Source: a virus (lineage: Duplodnaviria; Heunggongvirae; Uroviricota; Caudoviricetes). From it: a stretch of DNA of 64,000 bases. This document shows positions 1-9,476 of this stretch, piece by piece; positions within the stretch are counted from its first letter, which is position 1; each line of letters opens with the position of its first letter. The notes under the pieces are model-generated. The model was not told the origin of the DNA. It saw nothing but the letters and a program-made list of their open reading frames with translations, and searched no databases. The DNA is taken from IMG/VR virus record IMGVR_UViG_3300037042_007115, one strand, 5' to 3'. The position numbers were made by a program, and so were the translations under genes.

Positions 1-201
1 TCAGTACCTGACTGTGATGTTCATATTGCTACAGGATATGCTTTTTCTTCTGGGTTGTGGTTTAGGCACACCTGGGTGGTAAATCCTGCAGATAAGACTT
101 TGTTAGAATGTACACCTACAAAGTTTGACGAGTATTATGGGGTTTGTCTCTCCCATAAAGAGTGTGGTGAATTCATAGAAATACTTGGGGAGGCATAAAC
201 T

Positions 202-468
202 ATGGTTGAGCGAGCTGGGTGTGTTACAGGACCCCGGGGTTTTGGGCCCCGTAAATTTAAGGGGATTATGTATGATCCCTATAAAGTCTACCTATCTAAA
301 CAATGCGACTCTTTCAATCATGAAATACAAAAGCAATATGATTTGGAGAGTCTTGCACAAGCAGAACAAGACCGAGCTACTTTGGTATCAGCAGGAAAGA
401 TAGCCAAACTTGTTAAGAAGAACTTAGGTTCTATCTTAGTTCTTTATATAAGGAGAGTTGAAGTATGA
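202..468 (+). CDS. hypothetical small protein
   Basis: 88-aa ORF from the six-frame track, leading a chain of co-directional, tightly abutting or overlapping ORFs; no recognisable motif. Confidence 0.3.
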   Translation: MVERAGCVTGPRGFGPRKFKGIMYDPYKVYLSKQCDSFNHEIQKQYDLESLAQAEQDRATLVSAGKIAKLVKKNLGSILVLYIRRVEV

Positions 469-875
469 TAGACTATGAAAAAGAACTTAAAAAACTGCCG
501 GAATATCAGGAGCAATATAAGGAACTTCAGAAAGAAATGAAGAAGCTAATAGGGCGGGCTACTAAACTTGAGGAAAAGATTATCGAACTTGAACGGATTT
601 CAGAAGTGTATCTTAAAGTGCCCTTGCATATTTCCTTCTCAAGTGATTATGCCCTTGATGTCGCCGACCTCAGCTACATCAGACATGCACATATCTATCA
701 TAATGCGACTGTACACTCTACCGTTGACAACTGGGGCCTTGAGATCGGAGCCAGAGAGGGGCTAGGACCTTTGGGAACGCACTGGTTGGGTACTGGTCAT
801 ACCAAAGTAGCAGCTATTAATATAGCTAAAGACTGGATTGCCCTGGGCACCTATCCTAAAGAACTTGATGATTAG
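465..875 (+). CDS. hypothetical protein with coiled-coil N-terminus
   Basis: 136-aa ORF; ATGA stop-start overlap with the upstream ORF; N-terminal KELKKLPEYQEQYKELQKEMKK heptad-like pattern. Confidence 0.4.
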   Translation: MIDYEKELKKLPEYQEQYKELQKEMKKLIGRATKLEEKIIELERISEVYLKVPLHISFSSDYALDVADLSYIRHAHIYHNATVHSTVDNWGLEIGAREGLGPLGTHWLGTGHTKVAAINIAKDWIALGTYPKELDD

Positions 876-923
876 CTAGCTTTATATGGTTTTACGCCAT
901 ATTTCTATGTATATAAAGGTGTC
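875..923 (+). promoter_or_regulatory. promoter-family copy A (TAGCTTTATATGG...TATGTATATAAAGGTG)
   Basis: One of five related ~40-50-bp elements immediately upstream of a start codon. TATA-like box plus AAGGTG Shine-Dalgarno. Confidence 0.5.
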
Positions 924-927
924 AAAA

Positions 928-1407
928 ATGGAGAATACAACCAACCCCTGCCCATATATCCCAGTTGATGGGATTGCGGCAGATAAAAACCACCCTGGTT
1001 TAGGAAGCTGCCGGACTTGTATAGGAATTTATGACTGCCCAACTCGCCTCCAGGAAACCTTCTATCCGAGGCCTAACCATACCTGGGAAGCCAAAGCTAC
1101 CTTTGAGTACGCTACCCTACTCTGGGTTAAAGAAATTCCGCCCATGAAAACACAGAGGGCCCGCTGGTGGCTCACTGTCTGGATAGGGGGCAGCGAGTTT
1201 GTAACAGACTGTGCAGAGAAAGAGGATGATTACAAGTGCGATGCTTCTGGCCGGTTTGCTGAGGAAGCAGCCAAGAAGCGGGCTCTTATGGATATGATAG
1301 AGGAATTATCCAGCTCGCTTATTGCTGCAGTATCTGTACCACACGGAATTAACTCGCTCACCTTGACAATTCTCAGGACAAAAGATGGTTCGGGAGCCTG
1401 GGGTTAA
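928..1407 (+). CDS. hypothetical Cys-rich protein (first gene behind promoter-family copy A)
   Basis: Track ORF is 886..1407. Start is placed at the ATG that follows the conserved AAAGGTGTCAAAAATG Shine-Dalgarno-like element shared with copy B. The protein has many Cys/His (CRTCIGIYDCP). Confidence 0.45.
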   Translation: MENTTNPCPYIPVDGIAADKNHPGLGSCRTCIGIYDCPTRLQETFYPRPNHTWEAKATFEYATLLWVKEIPPMKTQRARWWLTVWIGGSEFVTDCAEKEDDYKCDASGRFAEEAAKKRALMDMIEELSSSLIAAVSVPHGINSLTLTILRTKDGSGAWG

Positions 1408-1595
1408 TGTCAAACTCTGACAGCCCCAACTCTTGCCCCCAGTGTGGGAAAGCAGACCACATCAACTGGGTTGCCCCACTGGGCGACCTTTGGAGTGAGG
1501 TTCACAATCGCCGGGTCAACGCCCAGCTCTACCAGTGTGCCGACTGTAAATCCGTCTTCCCCTTCCCAGCTCTAGAGCCCTACGGGAGGTCTTAA
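1407..1595 (+). CDS. zinc-ribbon protein
   Basis: 62 aa with CPQCGK...CADCKS (two CxxC pairs); ATGA-type stop/start overlap. Confidence 0.4.
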   Translation: MSNSDSPNSCPQCGKADHINWVAPLGDLWSEVHNRRVNAQLYQCADCKSVFPFPALEPYGRS

Positions 1596-1597
1596 TC

Positions 1598-1837
1598 ATG
1601 GCTAAGAATTTTAGCCTAATGTTAAATGGGGAATCAATCCCAAGAATTTCTTATCTCCCAGTGGATGGTGTAGAGAAGATAGAGGCACTGATGGACAAGA
1701 TGGCTGAATTACTCCAGCAGGGAAAAATATTCCAGTTTACCCTTGTTCCACTCGACTACGGGAACCGCTCAACCCTTAAGATCCCCGGAGACTTCAATAG
1801 TACTCATGTTTGTATTACAGCAAGGGATGGTTATTAA
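1598..1837 (+). CDS. hypothetical protein
   Basis: 79-aa ORF with a GGAGG-like sequence upstream. Confidence 0.4.
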   Translation: MAKNFSLMLNGESIPRISYLPVDGVEKIEALMDKMAELLQQGKIFQFTLVPLDYGNRSTLKIPGDFNSTHVCITARDGY

Positions 1838-1839
1838 AT

Positions 1840-2115
1840 ATGGATATCTATAGGGAACTTGGTATACCTGCTCATCCGACCCAGAGGTATTTAACTGTGG
1901 TGGTTGAGCTAGGCTATTATGCCGTGATGGACATCCTTCAGCAACATGTTGCTCTGGATCATGGGATTAAAAAGAAGCAGGTTGAGGTTAATTCGATGGA
2001 TGGGAATGGCGGGAAAAGAACCCAGGTTCGTATCCCCCTATATTTGGCCGACTTTTCCGGGATAGGTAAAGTTCTCTATGACCTTGATGACAAGGAGGCT
2101 AATGACCCCCGTTGA
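1840..2115 (+). CDS. hypothetical protein
   Basis: Track ORF is 1810..2115. Internal ATG at 1840 (MDIYRELGIP...) is chosen because it lies just after the upstream stop. Confidence 0.35.
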   Translation: MDIYRELGIPAHPTQRYLTVVVELGYYAVMDILQQHVALDHGIKKKQVEVNSMDGNGGKRTQVRIPLYLADFSGIGKVLYDLDDKEANDPR

Positions 2116-2248
2116 AGAGACTAGAGCAGCTGCTTTGCAGGCAGCTTGCATTTGGTCTCAGGGTAAGCAAATTCCAGTAGAACTGGTTGTTGGTATTGCA
2201 GCAAAATATTTTTGGCCCTATATCAAGAATGGGAGTGTACAATAGATT

Positions 2249-2587
2249 ATGGTCCGTGACTTAGGCAGAATTACGCTAGGTGTATACCCCCGCAAGGTTG
2301 TGGGTAAAGATACATCTTTTGAATATGACTATGAAAATAAAGCCATTCTTCGTGGGCCCAAAAAGGGACGAATCTATCAGGAGAGAAAAAGGAATGGTAA
2401 GAAAACCATTTATCTTTATTTTGATGAGATTATTCCGGTTCTTCCCATAGGCAACCAAGATTATATTGCCCTTGACTCAGATGAGTATGAGTGCGAATTA
2501 ATTCACATCAAGAAAGGGACTACAATATTAGTTGGTATTGGTGAAACCCCAGGGGGACACCCGATAGTTGTTCATATAGGAGTATGA
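2249..2587 (+). CDS. hypothetical protein
   Basis: 112-aa ORF. Confidence 0.4.
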   Translation: MVRDLGRITLGVYPRKVVGKDTSFEYDYENKAILRGPKKGRIYQERKRNGKKTIYLYFDEIIPVLPIGNQDYIALDSDEYECELIHIKKGTTILVGIGETPGGHPIVVHIGV

Positions 2588-2664
2588 TCAATTACCCTGG
2601 GTTCTCCTTCATATAGTCTGACATCAATATTTTTTTAATTACCACCAATTGAGGTTTTCTTTAA

Positions 2665-3438
2665 ATGCAACCTTTTATCAATATGACCACACAAGATGGC
2701 CGCTGTATCCTAGGGGGTACTACTCGGGCTTGTATTGCAGATTGCATTGAGTGCAGTACTTACCAGCGGCATCTTAAAAAACTAGAGAAAACTCTAGTTT
2801 CTGAACAGCAAGATACAACTACTGTTGGAGATAAGATCTCTGGGGAACTTGTCTTTCGCTTTGATGCAATAGATATTACAGACTTTTTAAAATATCGTAG
2901 ATTAATCCGGGAGATTACTGGGTTCAAAGATAGAGTTAAGATGGCTTATTTTATGGTAGAAGAGCAAGCTCTTTTGAATTCTATACACCCAGAAAAGACT
3001 ATGCCTGCTCAAGGCTTAACCTTAGAAGAAAAGGAGGAAAAATTCCGGAAGCTTGTTCATCCAAACCCTAGTGGTAGTACGGGTAAGAAAATCAGTGTAG
3101 ATGTAACCTTCAGAAAAGACCGTTGTGATGATGGTAGGAGACTCCTTAGAGGCCAGCACCAAGAGCCTACCCTGGGAATTTATGGTGGACCAAAAGGTAA
3201 AGCTAGGACTTTCTGTATGACCTTCCCAGGCCCAGAGGAAGAAGTTATCAATGCTTATTTGAGAGCTTTTAAGTTGACCCGGGTTCCGCATCATGTTATC
3301 TTAGCAGGCTGGAAATTTTATCATCCATCCGTAATTATGCCTGGACAGATTGTCACGAAAGAGCCCGGGCAACAAGGGGGGATGGTAACTACCCCGGACC
3401 AGACTAATACCTCAACTAGAAAAGAATTTAAGGGATAA
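2665..3438 (+). CDS. hypothetical protein (257 aa)
   Basis: Long ORF preceded by an AT-rich region and GAGG; no recognisable domain. Confidence 0.5.
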   Translation: MQPFINMTTQDGRCILGGTTRACIADCIECSTYQRHLKKLEKTLVSEQQDTTTVGDKISGELVFRFDAIDITDFLKYRRLIREITGFKDRVKMAYFMVEEQALLNSIHPEKTMPAQGLTLEEKEEKFRKLVHPNPSGSTGKKISVDVTFRKDRCDDGRRLLRGQHQEPTLGIYGGPKGKARTFCMTFPGPEEEVINAYLRAFKLTRVPHHVILAGWKFYHPSVIMPGQIVTKEPGQQGGMVTTPDQTNTSTRKEFKG

Positions 3439-3458
3439 CTCCTCATTTTCTTTATATC

Positions 3459-3698
3459 ATGTCTGGCACACGCCGTATCTACAACCGGGCCAAGCAGTGG
3501 TTCAAAGTCCAGATCACTAGCTGGGCTGATGGGTATGAAGATGGAATGTTCAGCCTAAGGCACTGGGGTCTCCACCCATACAAGCAGTATGATACCTTTC
3601 ACTGCCATTGCAGTTGGTGCAGGCCTAAATCATATGAACACGGTTCACTGAGGGTACAGCACAAGGCTGAGATCCGCAGGGAATTGGCAAACCTCTAA
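3459..3698 (+). CDS. hypothetical protein with His/Cys cluster (HCHCSWC)
   Basis: 79-aa ORF. Confidence 0.4.
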   Translation: MSGTRRIYNRAKQWFKVQITSWADGYEDGMFSLRHWGLHPYKQYDTFHCHCSWCRPKSYEHGSLRVQHKAEIRRELANL

Positions 3699-3715
3699 TT
3701 TCTGCTTTTTTGGTT

Positions 3716-3753
3716 AGATATATATGTTTTAGCGTAGCATAGCTATGTATACA
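3716..3753 (+). promoter_or_regulatory. promoter-family copy B (ATATATGTTTTAGCGTAGCATAGCTATGTATACA)
   Basis: Shares GTTTWRCG...AGCATAG.TATGTATA...AAGGTG with copies A and C-E. Confidence 0.5.
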
Positions 3754-3764
3754 AAGGTGTCAAA

Positions 3765-3971
3765 ATGGAAAACTCACTCAACGTAAATAATAGCCGGGTC
3801 TTTGTCCCCTGTGTCTTACCCGGGTTCACTCCCTGTGACCACCGCTGTGTTGCTACTGGTAGGCCTTCAGAAAATGTAATGCGGGTTGAAGTCTGGTGTA
3901 TGTGCTGGCGAGAAAACCACTCAAAGGATAAGGTATTCCACCACTGCGAGAAGGAGTTTAAGGTTGGTTAA
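3765..3971 (+). CDS. hypothetical Cys-rich protein (behind promoter-family copy B)
   Basis: 68 aa. Starts right after the conserved CAAAGGTGTCAAAATG element. N-terminus MEN... resembles the copy-A gene. Confidence 0.45.
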   Translation: MENSLNVNNSRVFVPCVLPGFTPCDHRCVATGRPSENVMRVEVWCMCWRENHSKDKVFHHCEKEFKVG

Positions 3972-3974
3972 ACT

Positions 3975-4175
3975 ATGCGGAAAATAGTTCCCATGAGAAT
4001 AATCGCAACTCTCTACCCAGACAGGACAGAAGATTGTTCACGGGCTTGTTATCGGTATGACACTTGTAAGTGTTGTGATGCACCTACTTGTAAGTGCAGT
4101 GACCCCTCAACAAATCATTGTTATCATTGTGGGAAAGTATGTGGAACGTGTCCAATACGGACTAGAAGATGCTAG
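3975..4175 (+). CDS. Cys-rich small protein (about 12 Cys in 66 aa)
   Basis: CxxC, CKCC and CKCS clusters; metal-binding-like. Confidence 0.4.
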   Translation: MRKIVPMRIIATLYPDRTEDCSRACYRYDTCKCCDAPTCKCSDPSTNHCYHCGKVCGTCPIRTRRC

Positions 4176-4435
4176 GTGGAACTATAATGGATGAACGAGT
4201 ACAGGAATGGCTTAATACTCTTGAGGATGATGATAGGCTTCACCACCTGGGAGAGTTTTATACCCATTTAACAAAGAAAGCTTGGAGGACACCTCGGGGT
4301 AAGAAAACAAAAGCCTTTATGGTGTGGTATCACCGGGAGTTTCCTCAGCTCATAGATTACCCGCTTGTTCTTCCCGGGTTTATGATCATCCAAGACTGGG
4401 ACAGTACAGATTTTATCCAGAGAGTGAAATCATGA
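4169..4435 (+). CDS. hypothetical protein
   Basis: 88-aa ORF; overlapping start. Confidence 0.4.
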   Translation: MLGGTIMDERVQEWLNTLEDDDRLHHLGEFYTHLTKKAWRTPRGKKTKAFMVWYHREFPQLIDYPLVLPGFMIIQDWDSTDFIQRVKS

Positions 4436-4764
4436 ACAACCAAACTTTGAGAAAAGAGTGTCCCATTGCTTGGACAAAAGAAGATGGCCCATACCCTTGT
4501 GCCTTCTTCCAGGGGGGTAGGATATGCATCTGGCCCGCAGATGTAGTTAAGGGCCCATGTGTTCCGATGCACCTCCCTAAGTATCGCCATGCACAGACTA
4601 CTACCACTGTTCCCTGCTGTGAGTGCGGCGGACCAGCAGAGATACAGACAGGCCTCCTTGAAAGGTACCAAGCTACAGGCGGCTTAAAGGTTTGGTGCCG
4701 TGGATGTAGCAAGGTAGTTCTTGACGGTGAAGCTTTAGCTGCCCATATTAGAGGTGATTACTGA
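4432..4764 (+). CDS. hypothetical Cys-containing protein
   Basis: Track ORF is 4324..4764. Internal ATG at 4432 gives an ATGA overlap with the upstream stop. CCECGG motif present. Confidence 0.4.
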   Translation: MNNQTLRKECPIAWTKEDGPYPCAFFQGGRICIWPADVVKGPCVPMHLPKYRHAQTTTTVPCCECGGPAEIQTGLLERYQATGGLKVWCRGCSKVVLDGEALAAHIRGDY

Positions 4765-5165
4765 TGGTACGTGTTGAAAGATGGGAAATGTGCCCCGATA
4801 CTGTTCTGGTTTACCCAGAGTGCCCTTATGCAGGAAAATTTAGGCCTGCTTGGGGAGGAGAAACTGGCGGTGAATGCCCCTGTCACCATATAGATGCAGT
4901 TTGGCCTCATTGCGGCTTGAACTACGCCGAGGGTTGTCCCTTTGACCTTAAAGCAGAACTATCAAGTATGGTGCCACAGGGGTTTGCTGAAATAATAGTA
5001 ACCCGTAGGGAGAGAGATTTCCATGCTTGCTTGAAAGACCACCCAGGAATCTGGGGTTGTGGAAGATCTCACTATGAAGCGGTAGGAAATGTAATCTCCG
5101 CTCACTGGGAAATATTCAAAGTAAGGGTGAATCATCAGTGGGGTGTAGATGACTGTAAAGCATAA
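4764..5165 (+). CDS. hypothetical Cys/His-rich protein
   Basis: 133 aa with CPxC and CPCHH motifs. Confidence 0.4.
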   Translation: MVRVERWEMCPDTVLVYPECPYAGKFRPAWGGETGGECPCHHIDAVWPHCGLNYAEGCPFDLKAELSSMVPQGFAEIIVTRRERDFHACLKDHPGIWGCGRSHYEAVGNVISAHWEIFKVRVNHQWGVDDCKA

Positions 5166-5670
5166 GGCCCAAACTACCCAGTCTGGCTATGGGCTTAGGC
5201 ATATTAAGTATGGTAGGTTACTTACTTTTTCATGCCGGCCCACAGAGCGTGGGTGCGATGGTCCATCTGAGATTTATGAGCTCTCCTACTGTAGCGGGGG
5301 TTCCGAACCCATTTGGGTAGTCGAAGATAAATTATCCGCCTCCTTGGCCAGAGTTCATACTCCGGTGTGGTATGCTTGCTCATATGATGCCCCTATGAAT
5401 CCGTATAGTCCAGAAGAACTTGAGGTTGTTAAGGTAGAAATCCAAACTAATCTGGAAGAGCCCTCAGATATTCCAACAGAGCTTGAGTATTTAGCTCAGA
5501 GATATAATGACCCGCGACTCAGATCCTACCAGCCCCAACACTATGAGTATGTCTTATCAGAGATGGCAAAGTGGCCCCATAGGTATGAGAAGACCCACTA
5601 TTCCATAGGTGAACTCAAGATGCTGCGCTGGGACCAGGAAGCAGCAGATAAGGTGGACTATGACAAATAG
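5149..5670 (+). CDS. hypothetical protein
   Basis: 173-aa ORF. Confidence 0.4.
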   Translation: MTVKHKAQTTQSGYGLRHIKYGRLLTFSCRPTERGCDGPSEIYELSYCSGGSEPIWVVEDKLSASLARVHTPVWYACSYDAPMNPYSPEELEVVKVEIQTNLEEPSDIPTELEYLAQRYNDPRLRSYQPQHYEYVLSEMAKWPHRYEKTHYSIGELKMLRWDQEAADKVDYDK

Positions 5671-6178
5671 AATCCCACTAATCCGAGTTATTTCTGGGGG
5701 TCAGACCGGTGCTGATCAAGGCGGGCTTCAAGCAGCTTATGAGCTTAGCATTCCCACCGGGGGTTGGACAATTAAAAACTATGGTACAGAAGTAGGCCCA
5801 ATGCCTGAACTAGCCAAATACGGCTTACATTGTCTTGATACTAATAACTATGTGGCAAGAACTGCTCTTAATGCTCAGCAAGGTCACCTAACTATCTGGT
5901 TCGGCTCTATGGACTCAAGGGGATTTCAAGCTACTCGGAGGGAGTGTCAATTAGCTCATAAGCCTTTTGAGGTTATGACCAATAAAGCTAGGAGTATCAT
6001 AGAGACTAGAATCTTTTTATATTATAGGAATTGCAAAGACCCTGAGTTTATTTTGAATGTAGCCGGGAACCGTGAATCAAGCAGCCCGGGAATCCACCAG
6101 GAGGTTTATCAGTCTCTTCTGGCTGTTCTATCTTCTTTAGTTTTATTGCGGGATCAGGGCTGGGACACCATTAAGTAG
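5660..6178 (+). CDS. SLOG-superfamily protein (YpsA / molybdenum-cofactor-carrier-like Rossmann fold)
   Basis: N-terminal VISGGQTGADQGGLQAA matches the SGGQTG(A/V)D signature of the YpsA/MoCo-carrier SLOG family. Start is moved to the ATG at 5660, which overlaps the upstream stop. Confidence 0.5.
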   Translation: MTNRIPLIRVISGGQTGADQGGLQAAYELSIPTGGWTIKNYGTEVGPMPELAKYGLHCLDTNNYVARTALNAQQGHLTIWFGSMDSRGFQATRRECQLAHKPFEVMTNKARSIIETRIFLYYRNCKDPEFILNVAGNRESSSPGIHQEVYQSLLAVLSSLVLLRDQGWDTIK

Positions 6179-6237
6179 CATAACATGATATTTAGTTATA
6201 CCAACCGATTGATAAATAGGGCTGGTATGGAATAAGT

Positions 6238-6441
6238 ATGACAAAAACGACAACTAAAGTAAATAGGGCAGAATGCCGGATTGGCGATAATGTTTTCTGC
6301 TTAATTAGTACCGTGTATAACCAGATGTGCCGGGATGGCTTTGAGAAGGAGGCAAATGAGATGCAGAAGAAGATAGATTCTGATGCTGAATCCCCCGCTG
6401 ATGTACTCAAAATTTGTAAAGAGTATGTTACTTTCATCTAA
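6238..6441 (+). CDS. hypothetical small protein
   Basis: 67-aa ORF. Confidence 0.35.
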   Translation: MTKTTTKVNRAECRIGDNVFCLISTVYNQMCRDGFEKEANEMQKKIDSDAESPADVLKICKEYVTFI

Positions 6442-6450
6442 GGTGATAGA

Positions 6451-6801
6451 ATGCCAGCCGATGGGAAATGTTATTCGGATACTTGGAAGTTTTTGTTAGA
6501 GGGGTCAAAACAATTCCCCCATGACAAACTTTCTACCATGGACTATGTACGCGTAGTGCATGGTAAAGTTCTTGGTGGGTGTGGTAAGAGGATTGACCAT
6601 GCCTGGGTTGAGTTTGGTACTGGGCCATTCAAGTGGGTTTGGGAACCGCAGCTTGACTGTGTCTTTAACGCCGAGAAGTATTACACTGAGACTAGTGCTA
6701 TTCCGGCCTATCAGTTGACCTCGGATGAGCTCTTAAAGCTTAGTTTCCGATTCAAGAACTACGGGCCATTCTCAGTTAAAGAACGGTTGGTGTTAAAATG
6801 A
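6451..6801 (+). CDS. hypothetical protein
   Basis: 116-aa ORF with GGTGATAGAATG Shine-Dalgarno-like sequence. Confidence 0.4.
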   Translation: MPADGKCYSDTWKFLLEGSKQFPHDKLSTMDYVRVVHGKVLGGCGKRIDHAWVEFGTGPFKWVWEPQLDCVFNAEKYYTETSAIPAYQLTSDELLKLSFRFKNYGPFSVKERLVLK

Positions 6802-7009
6802 CCCTTTGTACTGAATGTGAATATGGTAGCTTGTGTTTAATGGCTCGAACAGTGGAGGATTATACTGCCAAAGATGGGCGGTTGCATCATATTATTGGTT
6901 GTACCGAGACAGAGATGCTTCATGGAGCCGAGTTAACCGCGGGTGAAGCATATGCGGCAATTAGGTGCCACAGGTAGGCACTAGATTACAAGAATATGGA
7001 GGTAAATGA

Positions 7010-7360
7010 ATGGCACTTGAAGCATATCAACATGAGATTGGTATTGTAAAAGCAAAGATTATCGAACAAAAGGTACCCACCAAGTATGCGAAGGGGTTAG
7101 CAATTTTGAGTGTCTTTGCTTGTAATTATGGCGGGGGAGATGCTCTGGCCGGAATATTTCTTGATACTGCTATGAGGCAGGATATGGAACTTGTACAGAT
7201 CTTTGAGATCGAGGCTGGACTAGAGCCTGGAGTAGGACTGGGGTGGAGCAGAATACGCGGGATTTGGGGGGCCTATAAGAAGGATTACCAGATTTTTAGG
7301 GCCCTTGATCTTGGTGCTGTTCAAGGTAACTTATTAAAAAGCATAAAGGATACGGAATAG
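7010..7360 (+). CDS. hypothetical protein
   Basis: 116 aa; GGAGGTAAATGAATG ribosome-binding site. Confidence 0.45.
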   Translation: MALEAYQHEIGIVKAKIIEQKVPTKYAKGLAILSVFACNYGGGDALAGIFLDTAMRQDMELVQIFEIEAGLEPGVGLGWSRIRGIWGAYKKDYQIFRALDLGAVQGNLLKSIKDTE

Positions 7361-7366
7361 GTCTTT

Positions 7367-7561
7367 ATGGACTACTACCCGCCCTTAGTTGGGAATAGAG
7401 AAAAGAAGATGTGTGGGGCCAAGAAGCGGCATCTTACCCATAAATCTGCTTTGGATGAGAGGAGTGCTCATATGAGTCAAGATTCTACTGCAGATATTCG
7501 TATCTATGAATGCCCTTATTGCCACTATTTCCATGTAGGTAGGCACAGGGATATGCCATGA
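7367..7561 (+). CDS. zinc-ribbon protein (CPYCHYFH)
   Basis: 64-aa ORF. Confidence 0.35.
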   Translation: MDYYPPLVGNREKKMCGAKKRHLTHKSALDERSAHMSQDSTADIRIYECPYCHYFHVGRHRDMP

Positions 7562-7712
7562 CTCTGGGTTGTACATTACTTCCCCAGCTAGGGAGTCCAT
7601 GTGATATCTGTAATTTTGCCAACTCCCACTGTTCTGTGTGTCCAATAGGGTTTAACAAGATTGCAGAAGAACCCTTTAAGTCTCAGAAATCTAATAAGAA
7701 TAATACACATAG

Positions 7713-8018
7713 TTGTGTTATCTATCGGAGATAAATATGTCTACAAAAACTATTAAATGTAATTGTTCCAACGAATACCAAGATGAGGTATATGGTGTGG
7801 GGAATAGAGCCGCCAATGAGACAAGCAATGGTCAGTATCGATGTACCGTCTGTGGAGTGGTAGTAGGATCTGCCCAAACTGTTACAGTATCTAAGAAAGA
7901 GGCAACTAAAGAGAGTCCTACTAAGGCTGGGCCTAGTAAGAGTAAAAAGGCGGAGAAGAAGGGGGAGAAGTCTACAAAGCTTTCAGCAAAGAAAAGTCTG
8001 AAAGGGGGAAAGAGGTAA
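7713..8018 (+). CDS. zinc-ribbon protein with histone-H1-like Lys-rich C-terminal tail
   Basis: CNCS...CTVCG ribbon followed by KSKKAEKKGEKSTKLSAKKSLKGGKR. Confidence 0.45.
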   Translation: MCYLSEINMSTKTIKCNCSNEYQDEVYGVGNRAANETSNGQYRCTVCGVVVGSAQTVTVSKKEATKESPTKAGPSKSKKAEKKGEKSTKLSAKKSLKGGKR

Positions 8019-8150
8019 AACTATGAATGTTGTTACTCTTTGTAGGTGGGAGTTTTTTTGTCCCTTCTGTAGAGAGCCAGAGGCTAAATTTCCCGGTGCA
8101 CCGTTAGTTTATTATTGCTGCCAGAAACCCTGTGAATACCCAGGCAGAAT

Positions 8151-8576
8151 GTGTATGTTTATCCAGAAGGGTGGGCAGCGACCATGATTATATATATTAT
8201 TGCCGGTATTATCATGTCCTCAGTACTCATGATAATTCTTTGTGCTGGAATTATTTCTTTTGGGAAATTAATTGCTATTACCCCGGATGGTAGAGAGTTG
8301 CGCGGTGAAGTTAGAGATATAGAAGCAAAGAAGCTATGGAGTTCACCTGAGCAAATGCCAAAATACTTTGCAGGGGGCCTGGGGATTATTTTTGTCTGTG
8401 GATGCGGGATATTGCTATCTGGGGGTTCGATAATACATTATATTTTTGGGGGCATGACAATTTTTACTTCCCTCTTTTTTGCAGGGGGTCTTATGGCTCA
8501 TGAATTGTTAATGTATAACCAGATGATATCTAACATTAAGAGTCAAAGGGATTATGCGGAGGCGATTAGGTCATGA
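8151..8576 (+). CDS. membrane protein (multiple TM helices)
   Basis: 141 aa, hydrophobic segments. Confidence 0.4.
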   Translation: MYVYPEGWAATMIIYIIAGIIMSSVLMIILCAGIISFGKLIAITPDGRELRGEVRDIEAKKLWSSPEQMPKYFAGGLGIIFVCGCGILLSGGSIIHYIFGGMTIFTSLFFAGGLMAHELLMYNQMISNIKSQRDYAEAIRS

Positions 8577-8755
8577 AGGGCCACCTTTTTTTAGTTACTA
8601 GGAAAGAGCTGATACCACACCCGATGCATATCCCAGAACCCCTCGAATATTTAATAGGGGGAATTTTGATTATAATCAGTATCCCAATATGGATTGCAAT
8701 AGTGACCTATGTGGTCATAAAAGCATTGATTAACAAAGGTGATTTTTATGCATGA
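8573..8755 (+). CDS. small membrane protein
   Basis: 60 aa with TM segment IGGILIIISIPIWIAIVTYVVI. Confidence 0.35.
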   Translation: MKGHLFLVTRKELIPHPMHIPEPLEYLIGGILIIISIPIWIAIVTYVVIKALINKGDFYA

Positions 8756-8948
8756 TTGTTTTAAAACAGATACCCCTCCAAATAGGAGAATTGCAGCGTG
8801 TTGTTATTCGTGTGCGAGTGGAGTATTTAATATAAAGTGTGGGTGGTATTGTGGATGCTATTGTACAAAATATGATAGTGAGATATCAGATACTTCGATA
8901 TGCGACGAATATGTAAGACGGAATATGAATGGAGGGAAGAGAGTGTGA
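8739..8948 (+). CDS. Cys-rich small protein
   Basis: 69 aa with CCYSC and CGWYCGCYC. Confidence 0.35.
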   Translation: MIFMHDCFKTDTPPNRRIAACCYSCASGVFNIKCGWYCGCYCTKYDSEISDTSICDEYVRRNMNGGKRV

Positions 8949-9112
8949 CGGAACTTGAAGATATTGTAATTGAACTGGACAAACGAATTATTAAGACGAA
9001 TAATCTTATTGCCGCAAAACCATCTCTACTGCGAGATGGGATGAAACTTGCATATCAAGATATACGGGAGTATATTCAATACAAGCGAAAAATAAAAGGA
9101 GAGTTGCCGTGA
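8900..9112 (+). CDS. hypothetical protein
   Basis: 70-aa ORF. Confidence 0.35.
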   Translation: MRRICKTEYEWREESVTELEDIVIELDKRIIKTNNLIAAKPSLLRDGMKLAYQDIREYIQYKRKIKGELP

Positions 9113-9297
9113 CGACTACTATCACATCACTTGTGCTATCAGTGCTAGGTGCTGTGATTATGCTATTGGCAGTTAAGGACGGTGTGGTTTTCGATATGAA
9201 ATTATTGATTATGGTTGTCGTTTCATCTACAGCAATTATTTGTTCGTGGTTGGCAAGAATTGAAGCGTCGATGGAGTATCACGGAAATGAACTTTGA
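9109..9297 (+). CDS. small membrane protein
   Basis: 62 aa, two hydrophobic helices. Confidence 0.35.
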   Translation: MTTTITSLVLSVLGAVIMLLAVKDGVVFDMKLLIMVVVSSTAIICSWLARIEASMEYHGNEL

Positions 9298-9475
9298 TTA
9301 TCTTATCGGTTGTGAATCTAAAGCAAAACACCTCTCAAAAAACGCTGCTTTAGTTGCAATGAAGAAATGCGTACCCAAAGAAGAATTGCCAACATTCGAT
9401 GTGTATCAATGCAAATGTTGTAATTTCTGGCATATAGGACACAAGAAGGGAACCCGCACCAAGGAGCAACCATGA
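9287..9475 (+). CDS. zinc-binding small protein ending ...RTKEQP
   Basis: Track ORF is 9215..9475. Start is set at the ATG at 9287, which overlaps the upstream stop. CKCCNFWH motif. The 3' end lies inside the 23-bp repeat. Confidence 0.4.
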   Translation: MNFDYLIGCESKAKHLSKNAALVAMKKCVPKEELPTFDVYQCKCCNFWHIGHKKGTRTKEQP

Positions 9476-9476
9476 C
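9454..9476 (+). repeat. 23-bp direct repeat CCGCACCAAGGAGCAACCATGAC, copy 1
   Basis: Encodes the ...RTKEQP* terminus of the upstream gene, an AAGGAG ribosome-binding site, and the ATG of the downstream gene. Confidence 0.6.
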
